A DNA stretch of 64,000 nucleotides from an uncultured Candidatus Saccharibacteria bacterium (lineage in GTDB: Bacteria > Patescibacteriota > Minisyncoccia > UBA6257 > 2-01-FULL-56-20). Location: positions 31,242 through 95,241 of the forward strand of contig CAZAFA010000001.1 of the NCBI GenBank assembly GCA_964484655.1, read 5' to 3'. Of this stretch, positions 49,846-58,646 are shown piece by piece (positions within the stretch are counted from its first letter, which is position 1; every line of letters starts with the position of its first letter). The position numbers were made by a program, and so were the translations under genes. The notes beneath the pieces are model-generated. The model ran no database searches and was not told the origin of the DNA. It saw only the letters and a program-made list of their open reading frames with translations.

Positions 49846-50682
49846 CTATTTCGCGATCCGTACCTCGGTCACCGGGTAGGTGATGGCCATGTCCTTCCTG
49901 CTTCGGATAGCCTCGAGTATCCGGAGGTTGATGTCGCTGGCGACGCGGTTGGCATCGGCGACGGAGACCTGGTACCTGAGCTCGATCCGCACGCCGGAAG
50001 GGTCGAGCTTCGCGCGCGTGTGCGGCTTCGCGGGCGCGCCGGCGACCTCTGCGGCGATGCCCTCGAGCAGGGGGATCGCCGCGGCGACGTCGCTGTCGTA
50101 GGAGAGCGTGACCTCGACCTCGCCGAGGATGCGGTCACGCGCGCCGCCGTACCGGACGACCGGCTGGTCGAAGATGATGCTGTTGGGCAGCATGACGCGC
50201 CTGCCGGAGACGTCCTCGGCGCCGTACCGGCCGACCTCCTCGAGGTAGAGGTGCGTGAAGGTGATCGCGAGCACGTTGCCGCGCGCGAGCGTGCCGACCT
50301 CGATGCGGTCTCCGATGCGGAACGGCCGCTTGAGGAGGATGGTCATCCACGCCGCGACCGAGGCCGCGGGGCGCTGCAGGGCGAAGCCCGCCGCGGCGAC
50401 GATGACGCCGAGGCTCACGCCGAAGCCCTTCCAGGACCCCGCGTACGTGAAGACCGCGAGGATCACCACCACGACGAACAGCAGCCAGCGGAGGAGGTAG
50501 AGCGCGGGCGCGACGCGTGCGTCGCTCTTCACGCCACTCCGGGCGAGCGCCCGTCCGGCGACCGAGATGGCCACGTTGCCGATCAGGAGCGCGAGCAGGA
50601 AGGGGACGGCGACGCTCGCGACGTGGACGGCGGTATCGAGGGGGAGCGCCTGTTCGAAGCGGTCGCGCAACGCGTTGAGCAT
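49846..50682 (-). CDS. mscS: Small-conductance mechanosensitive channel
   Basis: GFALQ, RPFRIGDRI, LPNS. Confidence 0.9.
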   Translation of the reverse strand: MLNALRDRFEQALPLDTAVHVASVAVPFLLALLIGNVAISVAGRALARSGVKSDARVAPALYLLRWLLFVVVVILAVFTYAGSWKGFGVSLGVIVAAAGFALQRPAASVAAWMTILLKRPFRIGDRIEVGTLARGNVLAITFTHLYLEEVGRYGAEDVSGRRVMLPNSIIFDQPVVRYGGARDRILGEVEVTLSYDSDVAAAIPLLEGIAAEVAGAPAKPHTRAKLDPSGVRIELRYQVSVADANRVASDINLRILEAIRSRKDMAITYPVTEVRIAK

Positions 50683-50724
50683 GTCCCCAGTGTACCAGGC
50701 CGGACCGCCTGCTACACTCGCGGC

Positions 50725-51324
50725 ATGTACCGCATCGGCATCGACGAGGTCGGGCGCGGCCCTCTCGCGGGACCGGTCGTGGTCGCGGCAGTCGCCCTGC
50801 CGAAGGGTAAGCGCTTGCCGCTCTGGCTCGGGGAGCTGCGCGATTCCAAGAAGCTCACGCGCAACGCACGGGAGGCCTGGGCCGACTGGATAAGGGCCGC
50901 GCTGCCGCATGCGCTCGCCCGCAGCGCGCCGGCGTCCGTGGATCGGCGCAACATCAGCGCCTGCGCGAACGCCTGCGCGGCACGCTGCTGGGCGCGAATC
51001 ACGCTCCAGGTCGGGGTGCACCCCGCCGCGCTCGACGGCGGGCTCTATCTCGGCTCGAAGGAGCGCCAGACCTCGTTGCCGGCGGTCACGGAGCCGAAGG
51101 CGGACGAGCGGTACCGCGAGGTCGCGCTCGCTTCCATCCTCGCCAAGGCCCACCGCGACGCGGCCATGGCACGCTACCACCGGCGGTGGCCGCGGTACGC
51201 CTTCGACCGCAACGCCGGATACGGAACCCGGGCCCACTACGCGGCGCTCCGCGAGGCCGGCCCGTGCCCCATCCATCGGTTGACCTTCCTGGGCGCTCTC
51301 GGTACTATGGGCCCACTTCCATGA
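50725..51324 (+). CDS. rnhB: Ribonuclease HII
   Basis: GIDEVGRGPLAGPV, DSKKL, ASILAK, GYGT. Confidence 0.95.
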   Translation: MYRIGIDEVGRGPLAGPVVVAAVALPKGKRLPLWLGELRDSKKLTRNAREAWADWIRAALPHALARSAPASVDRRNISACANACAARCWARITLQVGVHPAALDGGLYLGSKERQTSLPAVTEPKADERYREVALASILAKAHRDAAMARYHRRWPRYAFDRNAGYGTRAHYAALREAGPCPIHRLTFLGALGTMGPLP

Positions 51325-51524
51325 GCGTTCCCGTCAAGCACCACACCCGCGGCAAGGTAGGCCGCCGCCGCTCGCATCACGCCCTCAAGGCGACGGCGCT
51401 GATGCCCTGCAGCGAGTGCAAGGCGCCCCTGCTGCCGCATCGCGTCTGCGCCAACTGCGGCGCCGTGCACACGCGCTCGGTCCGCAAGGCCCGCGCCGCT
51501 TCTGCGCAGCAGAAAGCATCCTGA
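51321..51524 (+). CDS. rpmF: 50S ribosomal protein L32
   Basis: MSVP...[18 protein letters not shown]. Confidence 0.95.
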   Translation: MSVPVKHHTRGKVGRRRSHHALKATALMPCSECKAPLLPHRVCANCGAVHTRSVRKARAASAQQKAS

Positions 51525-51570
51525 GCTCATTAACCGCTCTCGCGAGCGACCCGCACCTTCCACAACGACC

Positions 51571-52032
51571 ATGGCGACCCGACACCTCATCCGGAGCGTG
51601 ATCCTCCAGTCCCTCTACGAGTGGGACTTCTACAACCAGAAAGGGGACATCGCGAAGATCCTCGAGCGCAACCTCGAGGAGTTCGCGCCGGGCATCGACG
51701 AGCCCGAGTTCGCGTGGAAGATTCTCCAGCGGATCGTCGAGCATCTCGCGGAGCTCGACGCCATGATCGTGCAGCTCGCTCCCGAGTGGCCGCTCGACAA
51801 GATCGCGATCATCGACCGCAACATCCTGCGCATCGGCCTCTCCGAGCTGCTCTACGCCGACCACAACGAGGTGCCGCCCAAGGTCGCCATCAACGAGGCC
51901 ATCGAGATGGCCAAGGGCTTCGGCGGGCAGTCCTCGCCCCGCTTCGTCAACGGCGTGCTCGGCACGGTCTACCGCGAGCGCATCGCGCCGCACGAGCCCG
52001 TGCACGCGGCGGCAGATCACCAGGATCGCTGA
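51571..52032 (+). CDS. nusB: Transcription antitermination factor NusB
   Basis: [21 protein letters not shown]. Confidence 0.95.
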   Translation: MATRHLIRSVILQSLYEWDFYNQKGDIAKILERNLEEFAPGIDEPEFAWKILQRIVEHLAELDAMIVQLAPEWPLDKIAIIDRNILRIGLSELLYADHNEVPPKVAINEAIEMAKGFGGQSSPRFVNGVLGTVYRERIAPHEPVHAAADHQDR

Positions 52033-52035
52033 GCC

Positions 52036-52734
52036 GTGCCGGAGACCTCGCGCCTCGAATCATTAGAGACGTCGCTCGGCGTCCTCTTCCGCGACCGCGC
52101 GCTCCTTAAGGAGGCGCTCACGCACCGCTCGTACCTCAACGAGCACCCGCACTGGTCCCCGCGCCATAACGAGCGTCTCGAGTATCTTGGCGATGCGGTC
52201 CTCGAGCTCGCGGTGTCGGACTCCCTCTACCGCACGCTGCCCGAGGCGAGCGAGGGCGAGCTCACCGCGGTGCGCGCCGCGCTGGTGAACTTCCAGTCCC
52301 TGGCGCGCCTCGCGGGCGCCATCGGCCTCGGCCCGTACATCCGCATGAGCAAGGGGGAGGCGCGCGACCAGGGCCGCGCGCGCGAGGTGATCCTCGCCAA
52401 CGCGATGGAGGCGGTGGTCGGCGCGATCTACCTGGACGCCGGGATGGCGCCGGTGCAGACGCTCGTGGACGCCCACCTCATGCCGCTCGCCAGCGACATC
52501 CTCGCCACGAAGTCGTACAAGGACCCTAAGAGCGCCCTGCAGGAGTTCGTGCAGGAGCGCTACCGCGTCACGCCCTCGTACCGCGTCCTCGCCGAGGACG
52601 GGCCGCCGCACCAGCGCACCTTCACGGTGGGCGTCTACGTCGACGGCGCGATCGTCGGGCAGGGGACCGGCCCGAGCAAGCAGGAGGCTGAGGTCGACGC
52701 GGCCAAGCAGGCGATGAGCCAGTACGCGGGCTGA
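52036..52734 (+). CDS. rnc: Ribonuclease III
   Basis: NERLEYLGDAVL plus dsRBD. Confidence 0.96.
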   Translation: MPETSRLESLETSLGVLFRDRALLKEALTHRSYLNEHPHWSPRHNERLEYLGDAVLELAVSDSLYRTLPEASEGELTAVRAALVNFQSLARLAGAIGLGPYIRMSKGEARDQGRAREVILANAMEAVVGAIYLDAGMAPVQTLVDAHLMPLASDILATKSYKDPKSALQEFVQERYRVTPSYRVLAEDGPPHQRTFTVGVYVDGAIVGQGTGPSKQEAEVDAAKQAMSQYAG

Positions 52735-52735
52735 C

Positions 52736-54871
52736 ATGGCACACCTGCTCCGTCGCATCGAGCTCCAGGGATTCAAGTCGTTCGCCAGCCGCACGGTACT
52801 CGACGTCCCTGCCGGCATCACGGCCGTCGTCGGGCCGAACGGCTCGGGAAAGAGCAACGTCGTCGACGCGGTCCGCTGGCTCCTCGGCGAGCGCGACGCC
52901 AAGCACCTCCGCGGCGGCACCGTCGACGACCTCATCTTCGCCGGCACCCCGCAGCGCGCCCGCGTCGGACAGGCGACGGCCTCCTTCACCTTCGACAACG
53001 CGTCGGGGTCGTTCCCGGTGGACGCGCCCGAGGTCGTGCTCAGCCGGCAGGTGAGCCGCGACGGGACGAGCAAGTACTTCATCAACAAGCAGGAGGTCCT
53101 GCTCCGCGACCTCGTGGACCTGCTCGCCCGGGCGCGCCTCGGCTCGCGCGGCCTCACGGTCGTGACGCAGGGCAACAGCGACGTGTTCGTGCAGGCGAGC
53201 CCCGCGCGCCGGCGCGAGATGATCGAGGAGGTCCTCGGTCTCAAGGAGTTCCAGCTCAAGAAGCGCGACGCGGAGCGCCGCCTCAAGGCTGCGGACGCGA
53301 ACCTCGCGCAGGCGCACGCCGTGGCTGCCGAGCTCGAGCCGCAGCTGCGCATGCTGCGCCGGCAGATCGGCCGCTTCGAGAAGCGCGACGCCCTCGCCGC
53401 GGAGCTCACCGCCTCCGAGGACGAGCTGTACGGCTCGCAGCTGACGGCAGCGCGCAAGGAGCGCGGCCGGCTCGAGGGCGAGCTCGCGGCGCACCGGACG
53501 ACGCTGCCCGCGCTCGAGGCCGCCCGCAACGAGGCCGCCGCCGCGCGCCAGCGCGTGGAGGACCAGGCTCCCGCCGAGCGCGAGGAGCTCGCCGAGACCA
53601 AGCGCCAGCTGCTCGCCGCGCTCTCCGCCCAGAACGAGATCCAGAAGGCGACCGGACGCCTCGAGGCGCAGATCGAGATGCTCGCGCGCCGGCAGTCCGA
53701 GCCGGAGGCGCCCGACCAGGCGACGCTTCTCGGGCTCGTGCGCGAGATCGAGCGCGAGGTCGCCGAGCTCTCCGGCATGGACGAGCTCCCGACGCTCCGG
53801 CAACGCCTCGCGAGCCTCTCGTCGCGCATCCGCGCGATCTTCGCCAAGCAGCCTGCGGCACCGGCGCCCGAGTCGGACGCGCTGCAGGACCAGCTCCAGG
53901 AGCAGCGCGCGCGCCTGCACGAGCAGACCCGGCTCGTGGAGCGCCTCGCCGCGCGCAGCGAGGAGCTCGAGGCGGGCCAGGCCGGGTTCTACGACGCCTT
54001 CAAGGCGGCGTCCGTGGCGCTCGACGACGCGCACCGCGCGCTCGAGGCGTGGCGGGCGAAGGAGCAGCAGCTCCGGTCCCTGCTCGAGCGATACCAGCTT
54101 CAGGAGGAGTCCGTCCTCCAGCAGCTCGCGCATGCCGGCCGCGGCGCCGATTCGCTCCCGGAGGTCGCGCACACGCTCGGGCACGAGGACGTCGCGCGGC
54201 TCGAGCGGCAGGTGTACCGCCTGCGCGGCGAGCTCGCTGCCATCGGCGACGTGGACGAGCAGATGCTCGCCGACGCGCGCGCGACCGAGGAGCGGCACGC
54301 GCAGCTGACCGCCGAGGCAGCTGACCTCGAGGCGGCGCGCGAGGACCTCGTCGGCCTCGTCGCCGACCTGGACCGGCGCATCACGCGCGAGTTCAGCGAC
54401 GCGATCGCCTCCATCTCCGCCGAGTTCGGGAAGCTGTTCGCCGCGATGTTCGGCGGCGGCACGGCGCGTCTCGTGCCGGTATCCGCGCGCGCAGCTTCAG
54501 AGGAGGAGGGGAGCGAGGACGAGGAGTCCGGCGCTACCGGCCTCGAGATCGAGGTGCAGCTGCCGAAGAAGCGCGCGAGCAGCCTCGAGGTGCTCTCCGG
54601 AGGCGAGCGCAGCCTCGTGGGCCTCGCCGCGCTCTTCGCGCTGGTCTCCGTCTCGCCGCCACCGTTCCTGGTCCTCGACGAGGTGGACGCGCCGCTGGAC
54701 GAGCGCAACGCGAAGCGCTTCGGCGAGCTACTCCGCAGCTTCGCGCACGAGAGCCAGTTCGTGATCGTCACGCACAATCGCGCCACGATGGAGGCGGCCG
54801 ACGTGCTCTACGGCGTCACGCTCGAGGCGGACGGCACGAGCAAGGTAGTGAGCCTGAAGGTCGCTCAGTGA
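52736..54871 (+). CDS. smc: Short SMC-family ATPase (711 aa)
   Basis: GFKSF, GPNGSGKSN, LSGGE, LDEVDAPLD, VTHN. Confidence 0.9.
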   Translation: MAHLLRRIELQGFKSFASRTVLDVPAGITAVVGPNGSGKSNVVDAVRWLLGERDAKHLRGGTVDDLIFAGTPQRARVGQATASFTFDNASGSFPVDAPEVVLSRQVSRDGTSKYFINKQEVLLRDLVDLLARARLGSRGLTVVTQGNSDVFVQASPARRREMIEEVLGLKEFQLKKRDAERRLKAADANLAQAHAVAAELEPQLRMLRRQIGRFEKRDALAAELTASEDELYGSQLTAARKERGRLEGELAAHRTTLPALEAARNEAAAARQRVEDQAPAEREELAETKRQLLAALSAQNEIQKATGRLEAQIEMLARRQSEPEAPDQATLLGLVREIEREVAELSGMDELPTLRQRLASLSSRIRAIFAKQPAAPAPESDALQDQLQEQRARLHEQTRLVERLAARSEELEAGQAGFYDAFKAASVALDDAHRALEAWRAKEQQLRSLLERYQLQEESVLQQLAHAGRGADSLPEVAHTLGHEDVARLERQVYRLRGELAAIGDVDEQMLADARATEERHAQLTAEAADLEAAREDLVGLVADLDRRITREFSDAIASISAEFGKLFAAMFGGGTARLVPVSARAASEEEGSEDEESGATGLEIEVQLPKKRASSLEVLSGGERSLVGLAALFALVSVSPPPFLVLDEVDAPLDERNAKRFGELLRSFAHESQFVIVTHNRATMEAADVLYGVTLEADGTSKVVSLKVAQ

Positions 54872-55115
54872 AAGCCGGGAGCATGAAAATGGGCCGGCTT
54901 GTTCGCCGGCCCTCTCGTGGTTGCTGTATGTGAACGCCTTTGGCCGCAACCCGCCTCGGGCATCTCTTGTTACGGAGATCAATATTGGACTTTGGCGCCT
55001 CGTCGTAATCGCCGCGTCCTCACCGCCATTCGCTCAGACCAGGATATGGATCGCGCCTGCGGACCAGCGCTTCACCTCATTCCTGATGCGGCTATATTAA
55101 ATGAATATATCAAAG

Positions 55116-55169
55116 TGTCAAGTCCTAGGATTTGACAGCGTCATGGGGAAATTTCATGATTTCCCCATG
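55116..55169. promoter_or_regulatory. Back-to-back promoters with operator-like inverted repeats
   Basis: TGTCAAGTCCTAGGATTTGACA; CATGGGGAAAT-6-ATTTCCCCATG. Confidence 0.65.
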
Positions 55170-55286
55170 TCAAAGTATTGGCACAACCCGGCCGACAGCC
55201 GCCGCGCCTGCCTTACGCAGTCCGGCGTCGTCATCAATCCCGCCTTCATGCGCGGGCCTGACCGGGTTGCTGCTCGTACGAGGTAA
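55167..55286 (+). CDS. Putative 39-aa leader peptide
   Basis: ATG 6 nt after TTGACA-17-CATGAT; followed by a 17-bp hairpin. Confidence 0.4.
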   Translation: MSKYWHNPADSRRACLTQSGVVINPAFMRGPDRVAARTR

Positions 55287-55300
55287 CTGCCTCCAGCTAC

Positions 55301-55340
55301 GACGAGGAACGCCCCGGCTAGGCCCGGGGCGTTCCTCGTC
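55301..55340 (+). terminator. Strong hairpin (attenuator-like) upstream of MFS gene
   Basis: GACGAGGAACGCCCCGG-6-CCGGGGCGTTCCTCGTC perfect stem, weak U tract. Confidence 0.6.
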
Positions 55341-55388
55341 CTTGTCCTAGAACCGCACTCTTAAAAAACGAATAAGGAGGATTCAATC

Positions 55389-56603
55389 ATGGAAAACATT
55401 CGCAGGGATCCCGCGCGGGCATTCCTGATCATCTCGACGCTCAACGCGTTCTGCGTGGGGCTCACGTTCGGGACGTACGTCCTGTTCCTGTACCACCTCG
55501 GGCTGACGCCCGTGCAGGTCAACCTGACCAACTTCGCCTTCTATCTCGGCAGGTTCTTCCTCGAGATACCGACCGGCGCCGTTGCTGACACGTACGGGAG
55601 GCGCGTCTCGTCGCTAATCGCGTTCGCGCTCTACGGCGCTGGCCTGCTGGCCTACTGGCAGGCGACCACCTTCCTCGGCTGCATCGCCGCCGAGCTCGTG
55701 CTCGCTACCGGCGCGACGTGCCTGAGCGGAGCGTTCGAGGCATGGGTCGTGGACGAGCTGAAGGCATGCGATCGGCCGGACGAGATCCGGACGCTCTTCG
55801 TGCGCGAGGCGATCTACGACCGCGTCGCCACGATCGTGGGCGCGCCGATCGGCGGGCTGCTCGCGACGGCGTACGGCATGGCAGCGCCCTGGTTCGCAGC
55901 CGCGGCAGGCATGTTCCTGCTGCTGGCGCTCGCCGCGCTGATCATGCGCGAGAGCCGCGTCGTCATGCGTCACGAGGGCCACTCCTTCGGAGAACTCGTA
56001 CGCACGGCGCAGCGCAGCGTACGCTACGCCGCTTCTCCTGGACCGGTGCGCGCCTTCCTGCTCGTCTCAGCGTGCTTCACGTTCGCGAGCATGGCGCCGA
56101 ACATGCAATGGGCGCCGTACTTCCAGGGCATGGTCGGCGGGTCGTCGGGAACGGGCATCCTGTTCTCCGTCCTCGCGCTGCTGGTCCTGGCCGGATCCTG
56201 GCTCGCGCCGCGCATGCGGCGGTGGGCAGGGGAGGACTGGGCCGGACTCGGTGCCACGCTCGTGCTCGCCGGCATCGGCATCGCCGCTGTGCCGCTGCTG
56301 CCTCTGCCGTTCTCGCTGGCGCCCCTGGCGCTCTACGAGATCGCTAATGGCATGTTCAACCCGCTCAAGAAGGCGAGCCTGAACATGGCGATCGAGACGG
56401 ACGACCGCGCTACGGTGCTCTCCTGCGAGGAGATGACCTCGAAGCTCGGCGGCGCGCTCGGCCTGTTCGCGACCGGCGTCCTGGCACAGGGCGTATCGAT
56501 CGGCGCGGCGTGGATCTGCGGCGGACTCTCCTGCCTCCTGGCAGCCTGGACTGTGTGGCACGTCCGCATCCGCCCGATACGGGCATCGAAGGACCTTTCT
56601 TAG
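55389..56603 (+). CDS. MFS transporter
   Basis: EIPTGAVADTYGRR motif A, about 12 TMs; SD TAAGGAGG. Confidence 0.93.
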   Translation: MENIRRDPARAFLIISTLNAFCVGLTFGTYVLFLYHLGLTPVQVNLTNFAFYLGRFFLEIPTGAVADTYGRRVSSLIAFALYGAGLLAYWQATTFLGCIAAELVLATGATCLSGAFEAWVVDELKACDRPDEIRTLFVREAIYDRVATIVGAPIGGLLATAYGMAAPWFAAAAGMFLLLALAALIMRESRVVMRHEGHSFGELVRTAQRSVRYAASPGPVRAFLLVSACFTFASMAPNMQWAPYFQGMVGGSSGTGILFSVLALLVLAGSWLAPRMRRWAGEDWAGLGATLVLAGIGIAAVPLLPLPFSLAPLALYEIANGMFNPLKKASLNMAIETDDRATVLSCEEMTSKLGGALGLFATGVLAQGVSIGAAWICGGLSCLLAAWTVWHVRIRPIRASKDLS

Positions 56604-56789
56604 GAAAGGTCCTTTTTATCAGGTGGGGAATCAGGATTCAGGCGCAGGATGCCGCCCGTGTGGATAACGAGTGCGTATCCGAGGAGCTGTTGCGCAAATG
56701 CCTCAATAAAATCAAGGATTTCAAACTGTAACTTTCCGTCCACTCGTACATTTTGTGCTTCCATCCAGGTGGCGTATGATGAATGCCAA

Positions 56790-56815
56790 GTGGGGAAATG
56801 TGGATGATTCTGGGG
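56790..56815 (+). promoter_or_regulatory. MraZ binding repeats
   Basis: GTGGGG / GTGGAT / CTGGGG at 10-bp period downstream of TATGAT, upstream of mraZ. Confidence 0.75.
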
Positions 56816-56899
56816 AAAACGAGGCTTTTCTGGGTATAACTCCGAAACCTCGTTCCTCCAGAAGCATTCCGTTCCACGCTTGCCAATAACGATTCGTAC

Positions 56900-57331
56900 A
56901 TGTTGCTCGGAGAATATCGCCACAGCGTCGACGCGAAAGGCAGGGTAGCCATCCCGGCCAAGTTTCGCGACGAGCTCGGCACCGGAGCGATCGTGACGCG
57001 GGGCCTCGACAACTGCCTGTTCATCTTCGGACGGCACGAGTGGGAAGCCCTCGCCGCGAAGCTTATGGCGCTGCCGCTGGCCCAGGCGAATTCGCGCGCA
57101 TTCGTACGCCTCATGCTCTCCGGCGCTACTGACGTGGAACTGGACGGCCAGGGACGGGCGCTCGTTCCCGAATACCTGCGTTCCTACGCGGGGATCGAGA
57201 AGGATGCGGTCATCACGGGCCTCTACAACCGCGTCGAACTGTGGGACACGCGACGCTGGGACGAGTACAAGGCGAAGACGGAGCACGCATCCGAGGAGAT
57301 CGCGGAGCACCTCGGCGCTCTCGGGATCTGA
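56900..57331 (+). CDS. mraZ: Division/cell-wall cluster regulator MraZ
   Basis: DAKGRVAIP and DGQGR repeats. Confidence 0.97.
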   Translation: MLLGEYRHSVDAKGRVAIPAKFRDELGTGAIVTRGLDNCLFIFGRHEWEALAAKLMALPLAQANSRAFVRLMLSGATDVELDGQGRALVPEYLRSYAGIEKDAVITGLYNRVELWDTRRWDEYKAKTEHASEEIAEHLGALGI

Positions 57332-57334
57332 CGC

Positions 57335-58219
57335 ATGCACGAACCCGTACTTTTACACGAAACGATCGCACACCTGGATCCGCGCCCCGGCGACCTCGTC
57401 GTCGACGGCACGCTCGGCCTCGGCGGTCACAGCAAGGAGATCCTCCCGCGCCTCGCGCCGGGCGGCACGCTCCTCGGGCTGGACCTCGACCCGACGCGGC
57501 TCGGACGTGTGCAGGCGGCACTCGACGACGATGCAAGCAGGCTCGGCGTCACGGTGTCCGTACGGCACGCGAGCTACGACACGCTACCCGCCATCCTCGC
57601 CGACATCGGCCGCAGGGCTGACGGGCTCCTCCTGGATCTCGGCTTCGCGTCGGACCAGCTCGTTCCCGAGAGGGGATTCAGCTTCCGCGAGAAGGGTCCT
57701 CTCACGATGACCTACGACCCGGACGCGACACCTCTTTCGGACCTCCTCGCCTCGGCGAGCGAGGGCGAGATCGGCCGCGTCATCCGCGAGTACGGCGAAG
57801 AGCGGTACTGGCGGCGGATCAGCCGCTCGCTGTACCAGCGCGCGCGCTCCGGCGAGCTCCGGACCACGCTGGACCTCCGCGACGCCGTCGTCTCCGTGAT
57901 CCCGCGCGCCGCAGGACACGGCGCCACCGATCCGGCGACCCGTACCTTCCAGGCGCTCCGCATCTGGGCCAACGGCGAGCTCGAGCGGCTCGACCGCATC
58001 CTCGCGGCGCTGCCCGAGGTCATGGCTCCCGGCGGACGCGTCGCGATCATCAGCTTCCACGCCCTCGAGGACGCCCGCGTCCGACAGGCGTTCCAGGACC
58101 TCCGCAAGGACAAGCGCGGCACGACGGACAAGAAGTTCGTCGCCGCGGGCCTCGCCGAGGTCGTCCGCAACCCCCGCGCCCGCTCCGCGCGACTCCGGAG
58201 CTTCACCTTCAATCCCTGA
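57335..58219 (+). CDS. rsmH: 16S rRNA m4C1402 methyltransferase
   Basis: HEPVLL, DGTLGLGGHS, DLG, FQALRI, NPRARSA. Confidence 0.96.
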   Translation: MHEPVLLHETIAHLDPRPGDLVVDGTLGLGGHSKEILPRLAPGGTLLGLDLDPTRLGRVQAALDDDASRLGVTVSVRHASYDTLPAILADIGRRADGLLLDLGFASDQLVPERGFSFREKGPLTMTYDPDATPLSDLLASASEGEIGRVIREYGEERYWRRISRSLYQRARSGELRTTLDLRDAVVSVIPRAAGHGATDPATRTFQALRIWANGELERLDRILAALPEVMAPGGRVAIISFHALEDARVRQAFQDLRKDKRGTTDKKFVAAGLAEVVRNPRARSARLRSFTFNP

Positions 58220-58222
58220 CCC

Positions 58223-58312
58223 ATGCGCACCCGCTTCCCGTACCAGATCCTCGCCGGCGCGCTCGTCGCGCTCCCGCTCATCCACCTCGCACTCCTCCGC
58301 TACACCTCCTGA
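58223..58312 (+). CDS. Small 29-aa hydrophobic peptide in dcw cluster
   Basis: MRTRFPYQILAGALVALPLIHLALLRYTS fills the rsmH-ftsL gap (3 nt and 1 nt spacers). Confidence 0.55.
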   Translation: MRTRFPYQILAGALVALPLIHLALLRYTS

Positions 58313-58313
58313 C

Positions 58314-58646
58314 ATGACCTACCTCCAGCCGCACGCGCAAGCTACGACCTCAATCTACCGCCTTCTCATCATCGGCTTCGCCGTCGCGGCGACCGTATCC
58401 ATACTCGGCCTCATCGGCCTCTACAACGCGGTGGTGAGCGAGCGGCATGCGGCGCAGGAGGCAGGCAAGGCGATCATCACGCTCCAGACGGGCAACGTCG
58501 ATCTCGAGCAGCGGCTGCTCCTCGCGTTCGACGTGAACGCCGTCGACGCGTTCGCGGCGTCGCGCGGCCTTGTGAAGGAGCGCGATCCCCGATACCTTGA
58601 GGGCACTCCGGCGTCATGGGCTCTCGCTTCCGTTTCTCACTTCTGA
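58314..58646 (+). CDS. ftsL: FtsL-like cell division protein
   Basis: Single TM plus coiled coil, located between rsmH and ftsI. Confidence 0.65.
   Translation: MTYLQPHAQATTSIYRLLIIGFAVAATVSILGLIGLYNAVVSERHAAQEAGKAIITLQTGNVDLEQRLLLAFDVNAVDAFAASRGLVKERDPRYLEGTPASWALASVSHF

Noticed and set aside
49330-51276. Apparent 664-aa RNase HII and 476-aa MscS
   Set aside because: Each extension is the antisense or off-frame read of neighbouring genes; -10 boxes define starts at 50725 and 50682
56659-56667. DnaA box TGTGGATAA as replication origin
   Set aside because: Single perfect box, no cluster and no dnaA/dnaN nearby; at most regulatory for the dcw promoter
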